Part shown: positions 7,909-16,986 of the stretch, in pieces | How positions within the stretch are numbered: the first letter of the stretch is position 1 | Layout: each line of letters opens with the position of its first letter | DNA from: Actinomycetota bacterium | GTDB lineage: Bacteria > Actinomycetota > Actinomycetes > Actinomycetales > Kineosporiaceae | Reading direction: 5' to 3' | Length of the DNA stretch: 46,454 bases | NCBI GenBank assembly: GCA_016213575.1 | Contig: JACRAB010000448.1 | Location: 1-46,454, forward strand | The notes under the pieces: model-generated | Told to the model about the DNA's origin: nothing | Seen by the model: only the letters and a program-made list of their open reading frames with translations | Database searches by the model: none | Made by a program: the position numbers and the translations under genes

Positions 7909-9737
7909 CTGTCATCCTCGGTAGCTGCCGCGCCGCCGGCGGAACGCCGCGTGAGCAGTGCCTTGGAGTCCTGAGCTACGGCAGAGATTGCTGGTGCATT
8001 GATCGCTTCGAACCACGGCGAAAGCGTGAGCAAAGCCGGCCTGCAGCCAGTCGCCAGCAGAAGCGCCGTCACACGGGGAAGGGCCCGGATGCCCTCCGCC
8101 GCGAGGATCCGCTGCCGCCGGATGCTGACGCTCTCGTTCGTTCGTCGGTCGCCGTAGCTGTGGGAGCGGATGGCGACGTCGTGGTCGCCGACGAGGCGGG
8201 AGAGGTCCTCAGCGAGCCGGGCGTCGTCCATGCCGGCGCCGATGAGCTTGATGGTGGCGGCGGACCACAGGGCGTCCATGCCGTGCTCGCCCCACACACG
8301 GACCCCCTGCTTGTAGGACTGCAGGATGGTCAGCGGTGTGATGCCGCGGGAGCCGAAGTGGCTGTAGAGCTCGGGGAGGTCGGCGATCCGGCAGACGTTG
8401 GCGGCCTCGTCGAGGACGACGAGCAAGGGTGGGTCCAGGCGACCGCCGCGGCGTTCAGCGGCGCGCGTGGCCTGGCGCATGATGCGGTCGGTGAGGGCGG
8501 CGACGAGGGGTGCCGCGGCGCCGGCGCCGTCCTTGGAGAGCAGGTAGAGGGTCTGCCGGGTGAGGGCGAAGCCGGCGGCATCGATCTCGTCGAGGTCGCG
8601 CTCATCACGAAGGGCTGGTGGGGTGACCCAGGCCATCGTGGCGTCGTCGCGCAGGCACTGGGCCGCCGTCCGGGCCGTCTCGTAGACGCCATCACGGGTC
8701 TCGGGGGCGCCGTGCATCCGGCCGAGCAGGGACGCCGCGGCTGCGTTGTGACCGGCGGTGCGGAGCAGTTCGACCGGCGTGACGAGGACGGGATCGTTGA
8801 GCCAGTCGTAGACCTCGGTGAGGTTTCGCCCGGATGTTGCAGCGGCGAGGAGCAGGCCGGTGAGCAGGTCGTGGGCGGCGGATGACCAGAAGTCTCGGCT
8901 GCCGCGGTCGCCGCGGACCTCCTGGACGAAGTGGCCGGCGAGGCGGTGGGCCTCTTCGACGGTGGTGACGTCGCGCAGCGGGTTCCACCACCAGGTGCGG
9001 TCGGCGTAGACGATCTGCTGGGGGTCGAACACCCAGACCTGTTCGCCGGTCTGCTCGGCGCGCAGCGTGGAGGTCGTGGTGCAGAGGTCGGCCTTGTTGC
9101 TGGTGGCGACGACGGCGCCGGGGGCGTCGAGGATGGCGGGGACGGCGAGCGCGGTCGTCTTGCCGGCGCGGGGCGCCATCACCGCGAGGAGCACGTCCTC
9201 CCAGGACGCGCGCAGTTCGACCGGTCCGCCTCGGTGCTGGCGCAGGGTGCCGAGGGGGACGCCGACGTCGCGGCCCGCGAGTTGCCCCTTGGGTCGGTCG
9301 GCGAGCGAGGTCCGCAGGCGGCGTGCGCGATGCTCGGACTCCGGCGCCGTGAGCGCTCGGAGGTCGCGGGCGGTGGCCAGCGATGGGAGCGGGTCGTCGG
9401 CGGCGGGGCGGTGGTGGAGCCATCGGACGGCGAGGAAGGCTGCCGGGCCGATGAGCGTGGCGGCGAGCAGGCCGGTACAGATCCAGACGAGCGCGGACGG
9501 CGTCCGTGGCCACGCGGCGTGGATGCCGTCCGGGCTGACCACTACGCGTACGAAGTCCCACCCGAACTCCGGGCCGGACCAGCCGTGGCCGGTCAGCAGC
9601 GAAGCGGTGTGCCCTCCGACCCAGATCAGGGCGACGACACCGACAGGCATCCAGCAGAGAGCGAGGACTGCGAAGGGGGTGGTCGCCTCGCGGGGGAGTC
9701 CGGCTCTGGGGCCGATCGCGGTGGTCATCGGGGCCAT
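7905..9737 (-). CDS. VirD4/TraD/TraG-type coupling protein
   Basis: Two N-terminal TM segments; Walker A MAPRAGKTT; VATSNKAD; VFDPQ..WWNPL; Walker B VVLDEAANVC..LPELYSHFGSRGI..ILQS. Confidence 0.92.
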   Translation of the reverse strand: MAPMTTAIGPRAGLPREATTPFAVLALCWMPVGVVALIWVGGHTASLLTGHGWSGPEFGWDFVRVVVSPDGIHAAWPRTPSALVWICTGLLAATLIGPAAFLAVRWLHHRPAADDPLPSLATARDLRALTAPESEHRARRLRTSLADRPKGQLAGRDVGVPLGTLRQHRGGPVELRASWEDVLLAVMAPRAGKTTALAVPAILDAPGAVVATSNKADLCTTTSTLRAEQTGEQVWVFDPQQIVYADRTWWWNPLRDVTTVEEAHRLAGHFVQEVRGDRGSRDFWSSAAHDLLTGLLLAAATSGRNLTEVYDWLNDPVLVTPVELLRTAGHNAAAASLLGRMHGAPETRDGVYETARTAAQCLRDDATMAWVTPPALRDERDLDEIDAAGFALTRQTLYLLSKDGAGAAAPLVAALTDRIMRQATRAAERRGGRLDPPLLVVLDEAANVCRIADLPELYSHFGSRGITPLTILQSYKQGVRVWGEHGMDALWSAATIKLIGAGMDDARLAEDLSRLVGDHDVAIRSHSYGDRRTNESVSIRRQRILAAEGIRALPRVTALLLATGCRPALLTLSPWFEAINAPAISAVAQDSKALLTRRSAGGAAATEDDS

Positions 9738-11296
9738 CCCGTCCCGTCCACCAGCCCAGTCGCACGCTGCGCCGACGCGCCGGCGGCCGTGGCGCCGTCC
9801 GGCGTCCAGACGGTGCGGCGGTCTGTCTCATACGTCTGGGCCTCGTCCGCGACGTACTCAAGTTCGACTGGGATTCCTACCCGCTGGCCCGTCTTGAGGA
9901 GGTACTTCCCGCGGCCCGGATGCCGGGCACCGGGCTGCCAGGTCTCGGGCGACGACCACGAAGCGACGAGCTGCTTCTCGGCGTCCGACAGCGGCACGAT
10001 CCGGGAGACCTCGTCGAGCTCGCGCATCGGCAGCCCTGCGAGAACGGTGATTGCGCAGCGGTCAATGAACCCGCGGGCCTTCGCGCGGTCGGCCTCGGTC
10101 GGGAGGGCGGCGAGGTCGTCGAGGGAGTGGGTCATCATCATGTGCGCGACGTCGCGGCCGCGATAGACGCGGGTCAGGGCGTCGGCGTGGTCGACGAGGC
10201 CGGGGGCGCCGCGCAGCGCGCGCCAGAGTTCGTCGAGGACGGCGATGTAGCGGCGGGGCGGGGCGAGGCCGGCGTCGGCGAGGGCGGTCGAGGCGTCGAT
10301 GACGGCGAAGCCGTACGACCAGGTGGAGAGCATGGCGGCGGAGAGCAGGGTGTCGCCGGCGGAGGTGACGGCGGAGATGTCGATGGAGACGGCCGGTGCG
10401 GTGAGGTCGATCGGCTGGGTGGTCGGGCCGTCGAAGACGCCCTTGAGGGAGCCCTCGCAGAGCATCCGGAGCGTCTGGCGCAGGCGGCGGGTCTCGGCGC
10501 GGTAGTCGTCGGGGGAGTCGACCTCGGCGGCGGAGACGAGCCGGTCGTGGCCCTCGCGGATGACAGCGAGGACGTCGGGGATGGTCGGCTCGGTGCCGGC
10601 GGGGAGCCGGTCGGCGAGCAGGTCGACGGCGGCGCCGATGACGGTCTCCTCGGAGTTGGTCATCGGGGCGTCGGTGCGGACGAGGGAGCAGAGCGCGAGA
10701 GTGGCGGTCAGCCGGCGGCCGCGGACCTCGAGGCGGAGCCGGTCGGCTGCCGGGCCGGAGAGTCGGGCCAGTGCTGCGCCGAGCGGGCCGGCGTCCAGCG
10801 GGTTGATCCGGTCGAGGCCGCGGCCGATCCGGATGACCTGGCCACCAGCGGACCGGACGACGGCGGTGTAGTCGGGCTTGGCGTCGCCGAGGAACAGCGG
10901 GACGGCGCCGAAGGCCATGAGGCCGCGGCAGATCCGCTTGCCGGCGCTGGACTTGCCGGTGCCGGGCTGGCCGAGGAGGAAGACGCCGCGGTTCGTCGTG
11001 AGGCCGGCGTCCATCCAGGCGAAGGGGTCGCAGCAGACGACTTCGCCCCAGGTCATGTGGCGGCCGAAAGGGACGCCGGCGGAGGGGGAGCCGGAACCGG
11101 CGGTGAAGGGGAACAGACCGCAGGCCTGGACGGTGGTTGCCTGGTAGGCAACCACGCTGGCTCGTTGTGCGGCGCGGCCGCTGTTCGGGCCGGCCCGGCC
11201 GAGCAGTGGTGCGACGGACGCCCGGGTCGGCACGGCGGTGCTGGTGCCGGTTCCGTCGAGTGGCGCGCCATCGGGGCGGGTGGTAGTCGCGGTCAT
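9725..11296 (-). CDS. VirB4-like conjugation ATPase
   Basis: Walker A GQPGTGKS; GDAKPDY; INPLD; Walker B AVLDELW; MTHS; GRGKYLLK. Confidence 0.9.
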   Translation of the reverse strand: MTATTTRPDGAPLDGTGTSTAVPTRASVAPLLGRAGPNSGRAAQRASVVAYQATTVQACGLFPFTAGSGSPSAGVPFGRHMTWGEVVCCDPFAWMDAGLTTNRGVFLLGQPGTGKSSAGKRICRGLMAFGAVPLFLGDAKPDYTAVVRSAGGQVIRIGRGLDRINPLDAGPLGAALARLSGPAADRLRLEVRGRRLTATLALCSLVRTDAPMTNSEETVIGAAVDLLADRLPAGTEPTIPDVLAVIREGHDRLVSAAEVDSPDDYRAETRRLRQTLRMLCEGSLKGVFDGPTTQPIDLTAPAVSIDISAVTSAGDTLLSAAMLSTWSYGFAVIDASTALADAGLAPPRRYIAVLDELWRALRGAPGLVDHADALTRVYRGRDVAHMMMTHSLDDLAALPTEADRAKARGFIDRCAITVLAGLPMRELDEVSRIVPLSDAEKQLVASWSSPETWQPGARHPGRGKYLLKTGQRVGIPVELEYVADEAQTYETDRRTVWTPDGATAAGASAQRATGLVDGTGWPR

Positions 11297-11305
11297 CTCG
11301 CTGCC

Positions 11306-12781
11306 TCAGAGGGTCGGGACGCCGCAGGGCAGCGTCGTGGCGAAGGCTGCAGACTGACTGCCGACGAGGCGCCGCAGCTGGATCTTGCTCTGGTCGGCGC
11401 GGGCCTCGACCTCGGAGACGACCGAGGGCAGATCGCTTTCCTGGCGGGCGGTCGCCGTCACGTACAGGGCCAGGATGACGAGGCCGGCGCCTTGGGCCTC
11501 CTCGACGGCCGCTCGCTGTGCTTGCAGCCGGTCTGCGACGTCCCGCGCCGACTCGTCGCGCCGCTGCGCCCGCCGGTACGCGTCGCGGAACGCGGCTGCG
11601 TTGACCTGCGCGTCGAGCACCCGTGCAGCCTCACCAGCCGGCAGCGGCCGGTAGACGAGCGTGACGCGCTTGGGGAACCGGCCGGGGGACAGCAGCCGGG
11701 TGAGAACCCCGGACGTCACGTGCTGGCGCGGTGCCTCGCGCCAGCCCCAGGTCACGGAGACGCCGCTGTCGTGGCGGTAGTGGTCCCAGTGCTCGTCGGC
11801 GGCGACGGGGCCGGCGTCCGCCCAGTCGAGTGCCTCGCCGTCCGGGCCATGGACGGCGAGGGCTCGCTGGACGTCCCCGCGGGCGGCGGGGTCGAACGCC
11901 GTCCGGACGATGCCGGCGATGTCGTCGGCGGATGCGCGGCCGAGCACCGTGACGCCGCATGTCGCGAGGGACGACTCGAGGCCGGTGAGCTGCCGGGAGA
12001 TCTCTTCGACGGCGTCGTCGAGGTCGCGCAGGCGTGGGGCGGCAGCGGCGGGGTCGAACGTCACGCTGACGCGGGTGTCGACGTCGGCCGATGCGGCGGG
12101 GGAGCGGGCGACGAGCTCGTGCATGAGGCGGCGGACGTCGTCCGGTGCGTCGGGTGCGATCCGCGGCAGGATGGCGTCCTGCAGGGCGGTGCCGGGCTCG
12201 GGTGCGGTGTCGACGGTGACGGCCACGCTGCGAACCATCGGCAGGTAGCCGAGGGACGCGAGCCAGGAGTGCCAGTTGGCGACCCAGCCGTCGGCGTCGT
12301 GAATGTCGACGAGCCAGGTGGACGTCGCGGCGCAGCGCAGGGTTGCGGTCAGGTGGCCGGTGCGGCGGTTCCAGACCAGGCCGAAGGTGCCGCCGCGGCC
12401 GTCGGCGGCGGACAGCAGCCGGGTGGGGGCGAGGACTCCGGGCAGGTCCCAGGCGCTCGCGCGCTCGACGACGGTCTGCGCGCGGTACGCCGTCCAGCCG
12501 CGGCGGACGGCCCAAGCCCAGCGCAGCCGGCGCGCGACCGTCTGCGCGAGGGTGAGGTCGTCGAAGCGGGCGATCGTCAGCCCGGCGACAGCCGCGCCGG
12601 GCACGAGCGCCAGCGCACCGAGGGCGAGGTCGAGGGAGGCAAGCATCAGAGGGACGACGACGCAGGCCAGGACGACGACGGTGCCGGCCGGACCGACGCC
12701 GAACAGCCCGATGCCGCGGGCCTTTCGCCAGCCGCCGTACGTGCGGACGGTCGGGCGTGGGGTGTCGGTGGTGGTGGTCAT
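11306..12781 (-). CDS. SCO6880-family (PrgI-like) conjugation membrane protein
   Basis: RTYGGWRKARGIGLFG, two TM segments, LPGVLAPT, YRHDSGVSVTW, AFATTLPCG; sits between VirB6-like and VirB4-like genes; ATG 12781 overlaps the upstream stop. Confidence 0.85.
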   Translation of the reverse strand: MTTTTDTPRPTVRTYGGWRKARGIGLFGVGPAGTVVVLACVVVPLMLASLDLALGALALVPGAAVAGLTIARFDDLTLAQTVARRLRWAWAVRRGWTAYRAQTVVERASAWDLPGVLAPTRLLSAADGRGGTFGLVWNRRTGHLTATLRCAATSTWLVDIHDADGWVANWHSWLASLGYLPMVRSVAVTVDTAPEPGTALQDAILPRIAPDAPDDVRRLMHELVARSPAASADVDTRVSVTFDPAAAAPRLRDLDDAVEEISRQLTGLESSLATCGVTVLGRASADDIAGIVRTAFDPAARGDVQRALAVHGPDGEALDWADAGPVAADEHWDHYRHDSGVSVTWGWREAPRQHVTSGVLTRLLSPGRFPKRVTLVYRPLPAGEAARVLDAQVNAAAFRDAYRRAQRRDESARDVADRLQAQRAAVEEAQGAGLVILALYVTATARQESDLPSVVSEVEARADQSKIQLRRLVGSQSAAFATTLPCGVPTL

Positions 12782-14058
12782 CGGGATCCTTCGTCGTCGG
12801 TGAGGGCGGCGCCGGCGGCGCGGCCCGCGGCGGATGCGGTGCCGGCGGCTGCCTGGCCCGCGAGGTAGGCGGCGCCGACCGGGCCGGCGGCCGCGGCCGA
12901 TGTGGAGCCCGCAGCAGTCGTCGCTGTGCCTGAGGCGGCGGCCGTGGACGCCGCGGCAGCAGATGGGTTGCTGGCGGGCGACGTCCACGCGGCGGGGGAT
13001 GGGGCCGCACCGCCCGCGGGGGATTCGGGCGGTGCGGCGTTCGAGGTCCCACGGAACGCGGACGTCGCTCCGGTGGGGGCGGGACCGGAGGCAGGTCCCA
13101 GGTCGCCGCGGACGGCAGCCGCCTGGGTGGCGGCGGCCCCTCCCCGGCTCGGGGTGCTCTCGAAGGCTGCACGGGCGTGGATCGCGGCGGCCGAGCCAGC
13201 GGCGAGAGCAGCGAGACCGCCGCCCCCGGACGTCGCAGCGCCTGCCGTCCAGGTGAAGAACTTCATGAGCACGGGGAGGGCGATGATCGCGAGCAGCATC
13301 ATCGTCAGGCCGACGACGACGGTGCGGGGGTCGTCGTCATGGCCAGTAAGTGCCAGGGCGGCCGCGTACACGAGCGCCGCGGCGGGCTTGTAGGTGATGA
13401 GCGCGAGCATCCAGCCGAGGACGCGCGGCAGCCACGGGCGGGTCGCGTTGGTGAAGGAGCCGGCCGCCGCGAGGACGACGACTCCGCTGAGGATGACGAC
13501 GGCGCCTTCGCGGAACAGCATGAGGATCGCCTGGACGAGCCCGGCGAGCATCATGAGCAGCCCGAGGATCGTCACCGCGCCGGGGGACTGGATAGCGCTG
13601 AGGCTGGCCAGCGCGACGAGCCGGTCGGTGGCCTGGCCGCCGGCCGCGCTGTCGAGGACCCAGACCGAGAACGCGTCGCCCGCTCGCAGCGCCGCGGACG
13701 GCCCGACGACGCCGATCGAGCTCCACAGCGCGACGTAGAACAAGCCTCGGCCGACGTTCAGGAGCGGCTCCGGGCGGCGGGACAGCATGAGCAGGATCGC
13801 CTGCCACATCACCCCGACGACCGAGACGACGATTGCGAGCCAGAGCACGTACCCGCGGATCGCGTCGACAGGGGTGCGGCCGAGGTCGATCGCCGGAACC
13901 TCGATCCACCAGGCGATCGTCGTCTTGATCACCCAGGTCGCGCCGTCGCGCATCGAGTCGGCGAAGGTGTTGCCGAGCGTCGAGGAGAGGGCACCGCCGA
14001 TGGCGCTGCCCGCGCCGTCCACGACGCAGGTGGCCGGTACCAGAGGCTGACAGGCCAT
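12778..14058 (-). CDS. VirB6/TrbL-like polytopic membrane protein
   Basis: 6-7 TM segments (WMLALITYKPAAALVY, LAIIALPVLMKF) and a long Ala/Gly/Ser/Pro-rich tail. Confidence 0.82.
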   Translation of the reverse strand: MACQPLVPATCVVDGAGSAIGGALSSTLGNTFADSMRDGATWVIKTTIAWWIEVPAIDLGRTPVDAIRGYVLWLAIVVSVVGVMWQAILLMLSRRPEPLLNVGRGLFYVALWSSIGVVGPSAALRAGDAFSVWVLDSAAGGQATDRLVALASLSAIQSPGAVTILGLLMMLAGLVQAILMLFREGAVVILSGVVVLAAAGSFTNATRPWLPRVLGWMLALITYKPAAALVYAAALALTGHDDDPRTVVVGLTMMLLAIIALPVLMKFFTWTAGAATSGGGGLAALAAGSAAAIHARAAFESTPSRGGAAATQAAAVRGDLGPASGPAPTGATSAFRGTSNAAPPESPAGGAAPSPAAWTSPASNPSAAAASTAAASGTATTAAGSTSAAAAGPVGAAYLAGQAAAGTASAAGRAAGAALTDDEGSR

Positions 14059-14059
14059 G

Positions 14060-14830
14060 TCAGCCCCCGTACCCGACAAGGCCGTCGGGGACGGCACCCA
14101 GCGTCATCGCGGTGGTTCCCCAGTCACCGTTGGCGGGGGCGACGATCCGCCAGTCGTCGTTCTGCCAGCGCATCTCGACGCGGAAGGCGACCGATCTGGC
14201 GGAGGGGCTGAGGTCTGGCGACGTCAGGACGACGTCCAGGGTCGCCGTCCCCTCATGGAGGTCGATGCCCCGGACGACGTAGCCGAGCACCTGTGCGCCG
14301 CCGCCGGTGGGGACGGGTTCGCCGTCCGCGACACCGGCCTGTGCCCGAAGGCGCTGGTACTCGTCGTTGACGGCGAGCCGCATCGCGGGCAGGTCGGCGC
14401 CGGTCACCTGGGTGGCGAGAACGGGCGCGTAGATCCTGGGCCCGGCGGCGGCGCTGGTGCGGACGAGGACCTGGACGGCTGCGAGGGCGGCGCCGGTCGT
14501 GCTCCTCGAATAGCCGCCGGCGGTGCTGTCGCGGGTCAGGCGTGGACCGTGGGTGCGTGAGAACGGGAGCGAGACGCCGGCGACCTCGTTCCAGGTGATG
14601 TCCGTGATGGCGGACGGCGCGGGCACGGCGGTCGTGGTGTCGATGCCTGCGACGGCGTTGTCCCGCTCGGGGCGGCTTGCGTCGTCCGGCAGGAGAATCG
14701 TCGTCGCACCGACGAGGATGACGGCACCGCTGGCGAGTGTGCCGAGGACGACGGGCAGGCGACGCCAGGCGGGCTTGTGGAGCGGTCGCGCGGTGCGCGG
14801 CTGTGGGCTGGGTCGATAGGTGTTGGTCAT
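14060..14830 (-). CDS. Single-TM conjugation protein (VirB8-like position)
   Basis: N-terminal TM; W..VAGVSLPFS..HGP..GYSRSTTGAALAA; C-terminal MRWQNDDWRI. Confidence 0.72.
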   Translation of the reverse strand: MTNTYRPSPQPRTARPLHKPAWRRLPVVLGTLASGAVILVGATTILLPDDASRPERDNAVAGIDTTTAVPAPSAITDITWNEVAGVSLPFSRTHGPRLTRDSTAGGYSRSTTGAALAAVQVLVRTSAAAGPRIYAPVLATQVTGADLPAMRLAVNDEYQRLRAQAGVADGEPVPTGGGAQVLGYVVRGIDLHEGTATLDVVLTSPDLSPSARSVAFRVEMRWQNDDWRIVAPANGDWGTTAMTLGAVPDGLVGYGG

Positions 14831-14858
14831 CGTGTCCCCGAGGCTCGTCGGTCGCCGG

Positions 14859-15161
14859 TCAGGAGAGGACCGCGCCGACGAGGCCGGACGCGAGGCTGAG
14901 GAGGGACAGGCCGCCGAGCACCCAGGGGATGCCGGATGCGCCGTCCACGGCCATGTTCGACCGGTTGCGGCGCCCCAGGATCATCATGATCGCGCAGACG
15001 CCGAAGCCGACGACGCCGGCGACCATGCCGACCCACTTGAGCCAACCGAGCAGCAGGTCGGCCGGGCCGCTGAGGCCAGGGGGCGCGACGGGTGCGGGGT
15101 TGGGGACTGCCGCGGCGGCGAGGCCGAGGAGTTCTGTGGTGAACCAGGTGAGCTGATGCAT
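14859..15161 (-). CDS. Small two-TM pilin/VirB2-like protein
   Basis: GGAG RBS; PNPAPVAPPG..LLGWLKW TM, GRRNRS loop, IPWVLGG TM. Confidence 0.75.
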   Translation of the reverse strand: MHQLTWFTTELLGLAAAAVPNPAPVAPPGLSGPADLLLGWLKWVGMVAGVVGFGVCAIMMILGRRNRSNMAVDGASGIPWVLGGLSLLSLASGLVGAVLS

Positions 15162-15257
15162 TGCTCTTCTCCATTCATTTCAGCGCATGGCGACGGTAAC
15201 ACCGTACGCGGACATTCAGAAGGCGGTGGGATGCGCCGGGCTCTGGCCGGCGCGCGG

Positions 15258-15419
15258 TCACTGCGTGAGCTGCTGGATCGACTCGACGACGGTGATGAGG
15301 CCGACGGCGAAGACGCCCAGGACGAGGACCGCGAGGACGGCGACGACGACCCGCCAGTAGGCGATGCAGACGCCGGCGACGACGAGGCCGATGAGCAGCA
15401 GTGCCAGGGGATCGGTCAC
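15258..15419 (-). CDS. Small hydrophobic membrane protein (53 aa), not in the ORF track
   Basis: GTG overlaps the upstream stop (GTGA); MTDPLALLLIGLVVAGVCIAYWRVVVAVLAVLVLGVFAVGLITVVESIQQLTQ; strong G/C third positions. Confidence 0.7.
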   Translation of the reverse strand: MTDPLALLLIGLVVAGVCIAYWRVVVAVLAVLVLGVFAVGLITVVESIQQLTQ

Positions 15420-15604
15420 CGGTGCGGCCCTTCTGTGTGGGGGGCGGACGGGTGGATCGTCAGCCCGAGAACCCGGGCGACGACGGTGGGGGACAGGTGC
15501 GGGAAGACCTCGGCGAGCAGTGCCGCGACGGCGGGGTCAACGTCTGGTGAGGGCTCTAGGTCGGCTGCCTCCTCCGTCTCGACCGGAGGGTCGTTGTTCG
15601 TCAT
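15416..15604 (-). CDS. Small acidic hypothetical protein (62 aa), first gene of transfer operon
   Basis: ATG start, translationally coupled to the next ORF; candidate -10 CATCGT 6 nt upstream (possibly leaderless). Confidence 0.5.
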   Translation of the reverse strand: MTNNDPPVETEEAADLEPSPDVDPAVAALLAEVFPHLSPTVVARVLGLTIHPSAPHTEGPHR

Positions 15605-15720
15605 GGGACGACGATGGCGCGCACGGCGAGGACGTGATCACCACGCGGCTGGACGCCTCGAAGACGTCCCGTTAGCGTGATCGCGTCCCAGGACGTCCCT
15701 GGGACGAATTGGGACGTACG
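15605..15720. promoter_or_regulatory. Divergent promoter region with an array of GGACG/GGGACGTC sites
   Basis: GGACG at 15606, 15630, 15651, 15691, 15702 and 15712; AAGACGTCCC 15661-15670; inverted repeat CGTCCCAGG-N5-CCTGGGACG 15684-15706; TAGCGT 15673-15678. Confidence 0.7.
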
Positions 15721-15734
15721 GCGGACCGGGGGCC

Positions 15735-16475
15735 ATGGCGAACGAGCGGCTGCGAGCCACACTCCTGCAGCAAGGCATGACGCCGGATCAGCTCGCCGAG
15801 AGGGTCCAGGTGGACGGGAAGACCGTCGAGCGCTGGGTCGGCGGTCGGGTGCCGTACCGCCGCCATCGGTTCGCTGTCGCCGCTGCGCTCAACGTCAACG
15901 AGACCTACCTGTGGCCGCAGGCGCTGAGCACAGCGCAGCTGGCTGACGCTGCCGAGAGTGAGATCCTCACCGTCTACCCGCATCGATGGACTGTGCCGCG
16001 TGACGTGTACGGCCAACTGTTCGGCGAGGCCGACACTGAGATCGACGTCTTGGTGTTCAGCGGGACCTTCCTCGTCGACGACCCGGGGATGTTGGCGCTG
16101 TTCGCCGCCAAGGCTCGTGCCGGCGTGCGCATTCGCCTCCTGCTTGGGGATCCAGCCAGTCCTGAGGTACTCCAGCGCAGCCAGGAGGAGGGGGTCGACG
16201 ACGCTCTCATTGCCCGGATCCGCAACGCGCTGGCCCTGTACAGGCCCTTGACTGCGTTAGATGGCGTCGAGCTTCGGCTGCACGGGACGCCGCTCTACAA
16301 CTCGATCTATCGCGCGGACGACGAGATGCTCGTGAACACGCACGTGTACGGCGCCTCGGCCACGGTTGCTCCCGTCCTGCATCTACGGCGGGTCGCCGGC
16401 GGCGACATGGTGTCGACCTATCTGGAGAGCTTCGAGCGCGTGTGGTCTGATGCGACACCGTGGGAGCAGAACTGA
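15735..16475 (+). CDS. XRE-family HTH regulator with DUF5919/PLD-like C-terminal domain (paralog 1)
   Basis: NERLR..LAERVQVDGKTVERW..GRVPYRRHR..LWP; EIDVLVFSG; AGVRIRLLLGDP; RLHGTPLYNSIYRADDEMLVNTHVYG; SFERVW. Confidence 0.88.
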   Translation: MANERLRATLLQQGMTPDQLAERVQVDGKTVERWVGGRVPYRRHRFAVAAALNVNETYLWPQALSTAQLADAAESEILTVYPHRWTVPRDVYGQLFGEADTEIDVLVFSGTFLVDDPGMLALFAAKARAGVRIRLLLGDPASPEVLQRSQEEGVDDALIARIRNALALYRPLTALDGVELRLHGTPLYNSIYRADDEMLVNTHVYGASATVAPVLHLRRVAGGDMVSTYLESFERVWSDATPWEQN

Positions 16476-16978
16476 ACGCGGATGATCCAGGGGATGGCCG
16501 TGCCGCCCGCCGGATCGACTACTACGACGACCCGTCGGCCCCGGAAGCGAACAGCATCGTGCCGTCGGCGAACGTGGCCGTCGTGGACGACGACGGTCGC
16601 ATCCTTGTCATCCACCGGACAGACAACGACAACTGGGCACTGCCGGGCGGCGCTCAGGACTTCGGTGAGTCGCTTCCGCAGTGCGGAGTGCGAGAGACCA
16701 AGGAGGAGACCGGGATCGACTGCGAGATCACCGGACTCGTCGGCATCTACACCGACCCGAAGCATGTCGTTCACTACACGAGCAACGATGAGGTGCGTCA
16801 GGAGTTCAGTGTGCTGTTCTCGGCGCACGCCATCGGCGGGGAACTAGCTGCGAGCAGTGAGTCGCGTGAGGTGCTGTGGCTGGCTCCCCATGAACTGGCC
16901 GAGCGTCGGATGGATCGGTCGATGCGGCTGCGCGTAGCCCACCTGCTCGAGCGCCGCGCCGCGCCCTATCTGGGCTGA
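16460..16978 (+). CDS. NUDIX hydrolase (start uncertain)
   Basis: Nudix box GGAQDFGESLPQCGVRETKEETG; RIDYYDDP..ANSIVP N-terminus; GEVRQ-like DEVRQEFS. Confidence 0.92.
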   Translation: MGAELNADDPGDGRAARRIDYYDDPSAPEANSIVPSANVAVVDDDGRILVIHRTDNDNWALPGGAQDFGESLPQCGVRETKEETGIDCEITGLVGIYTDPKHVVHYTSNDEVRQEFSVLFSAHAIGGELAASSESREVLWLAPHELAERRMDRSMRLRVAHLLERRAAPYLG

Positions 16979-16986
16979 GCGACAGC

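Noticed and set aside
9920-12868. 982-aa plus-strand ORF
   Set aside because: Antisense shadow of the virB4/SCO6880 genes, typical of high-GC DNA; no motifs.
15605-15720. Short repeats as a possible CRISPR array or iterons
   Set aside because: Units are 5-10 bp, in mixed orientation, with no spacers and no cas or rep gene; no CRISPR array was seen anywhere in the window.
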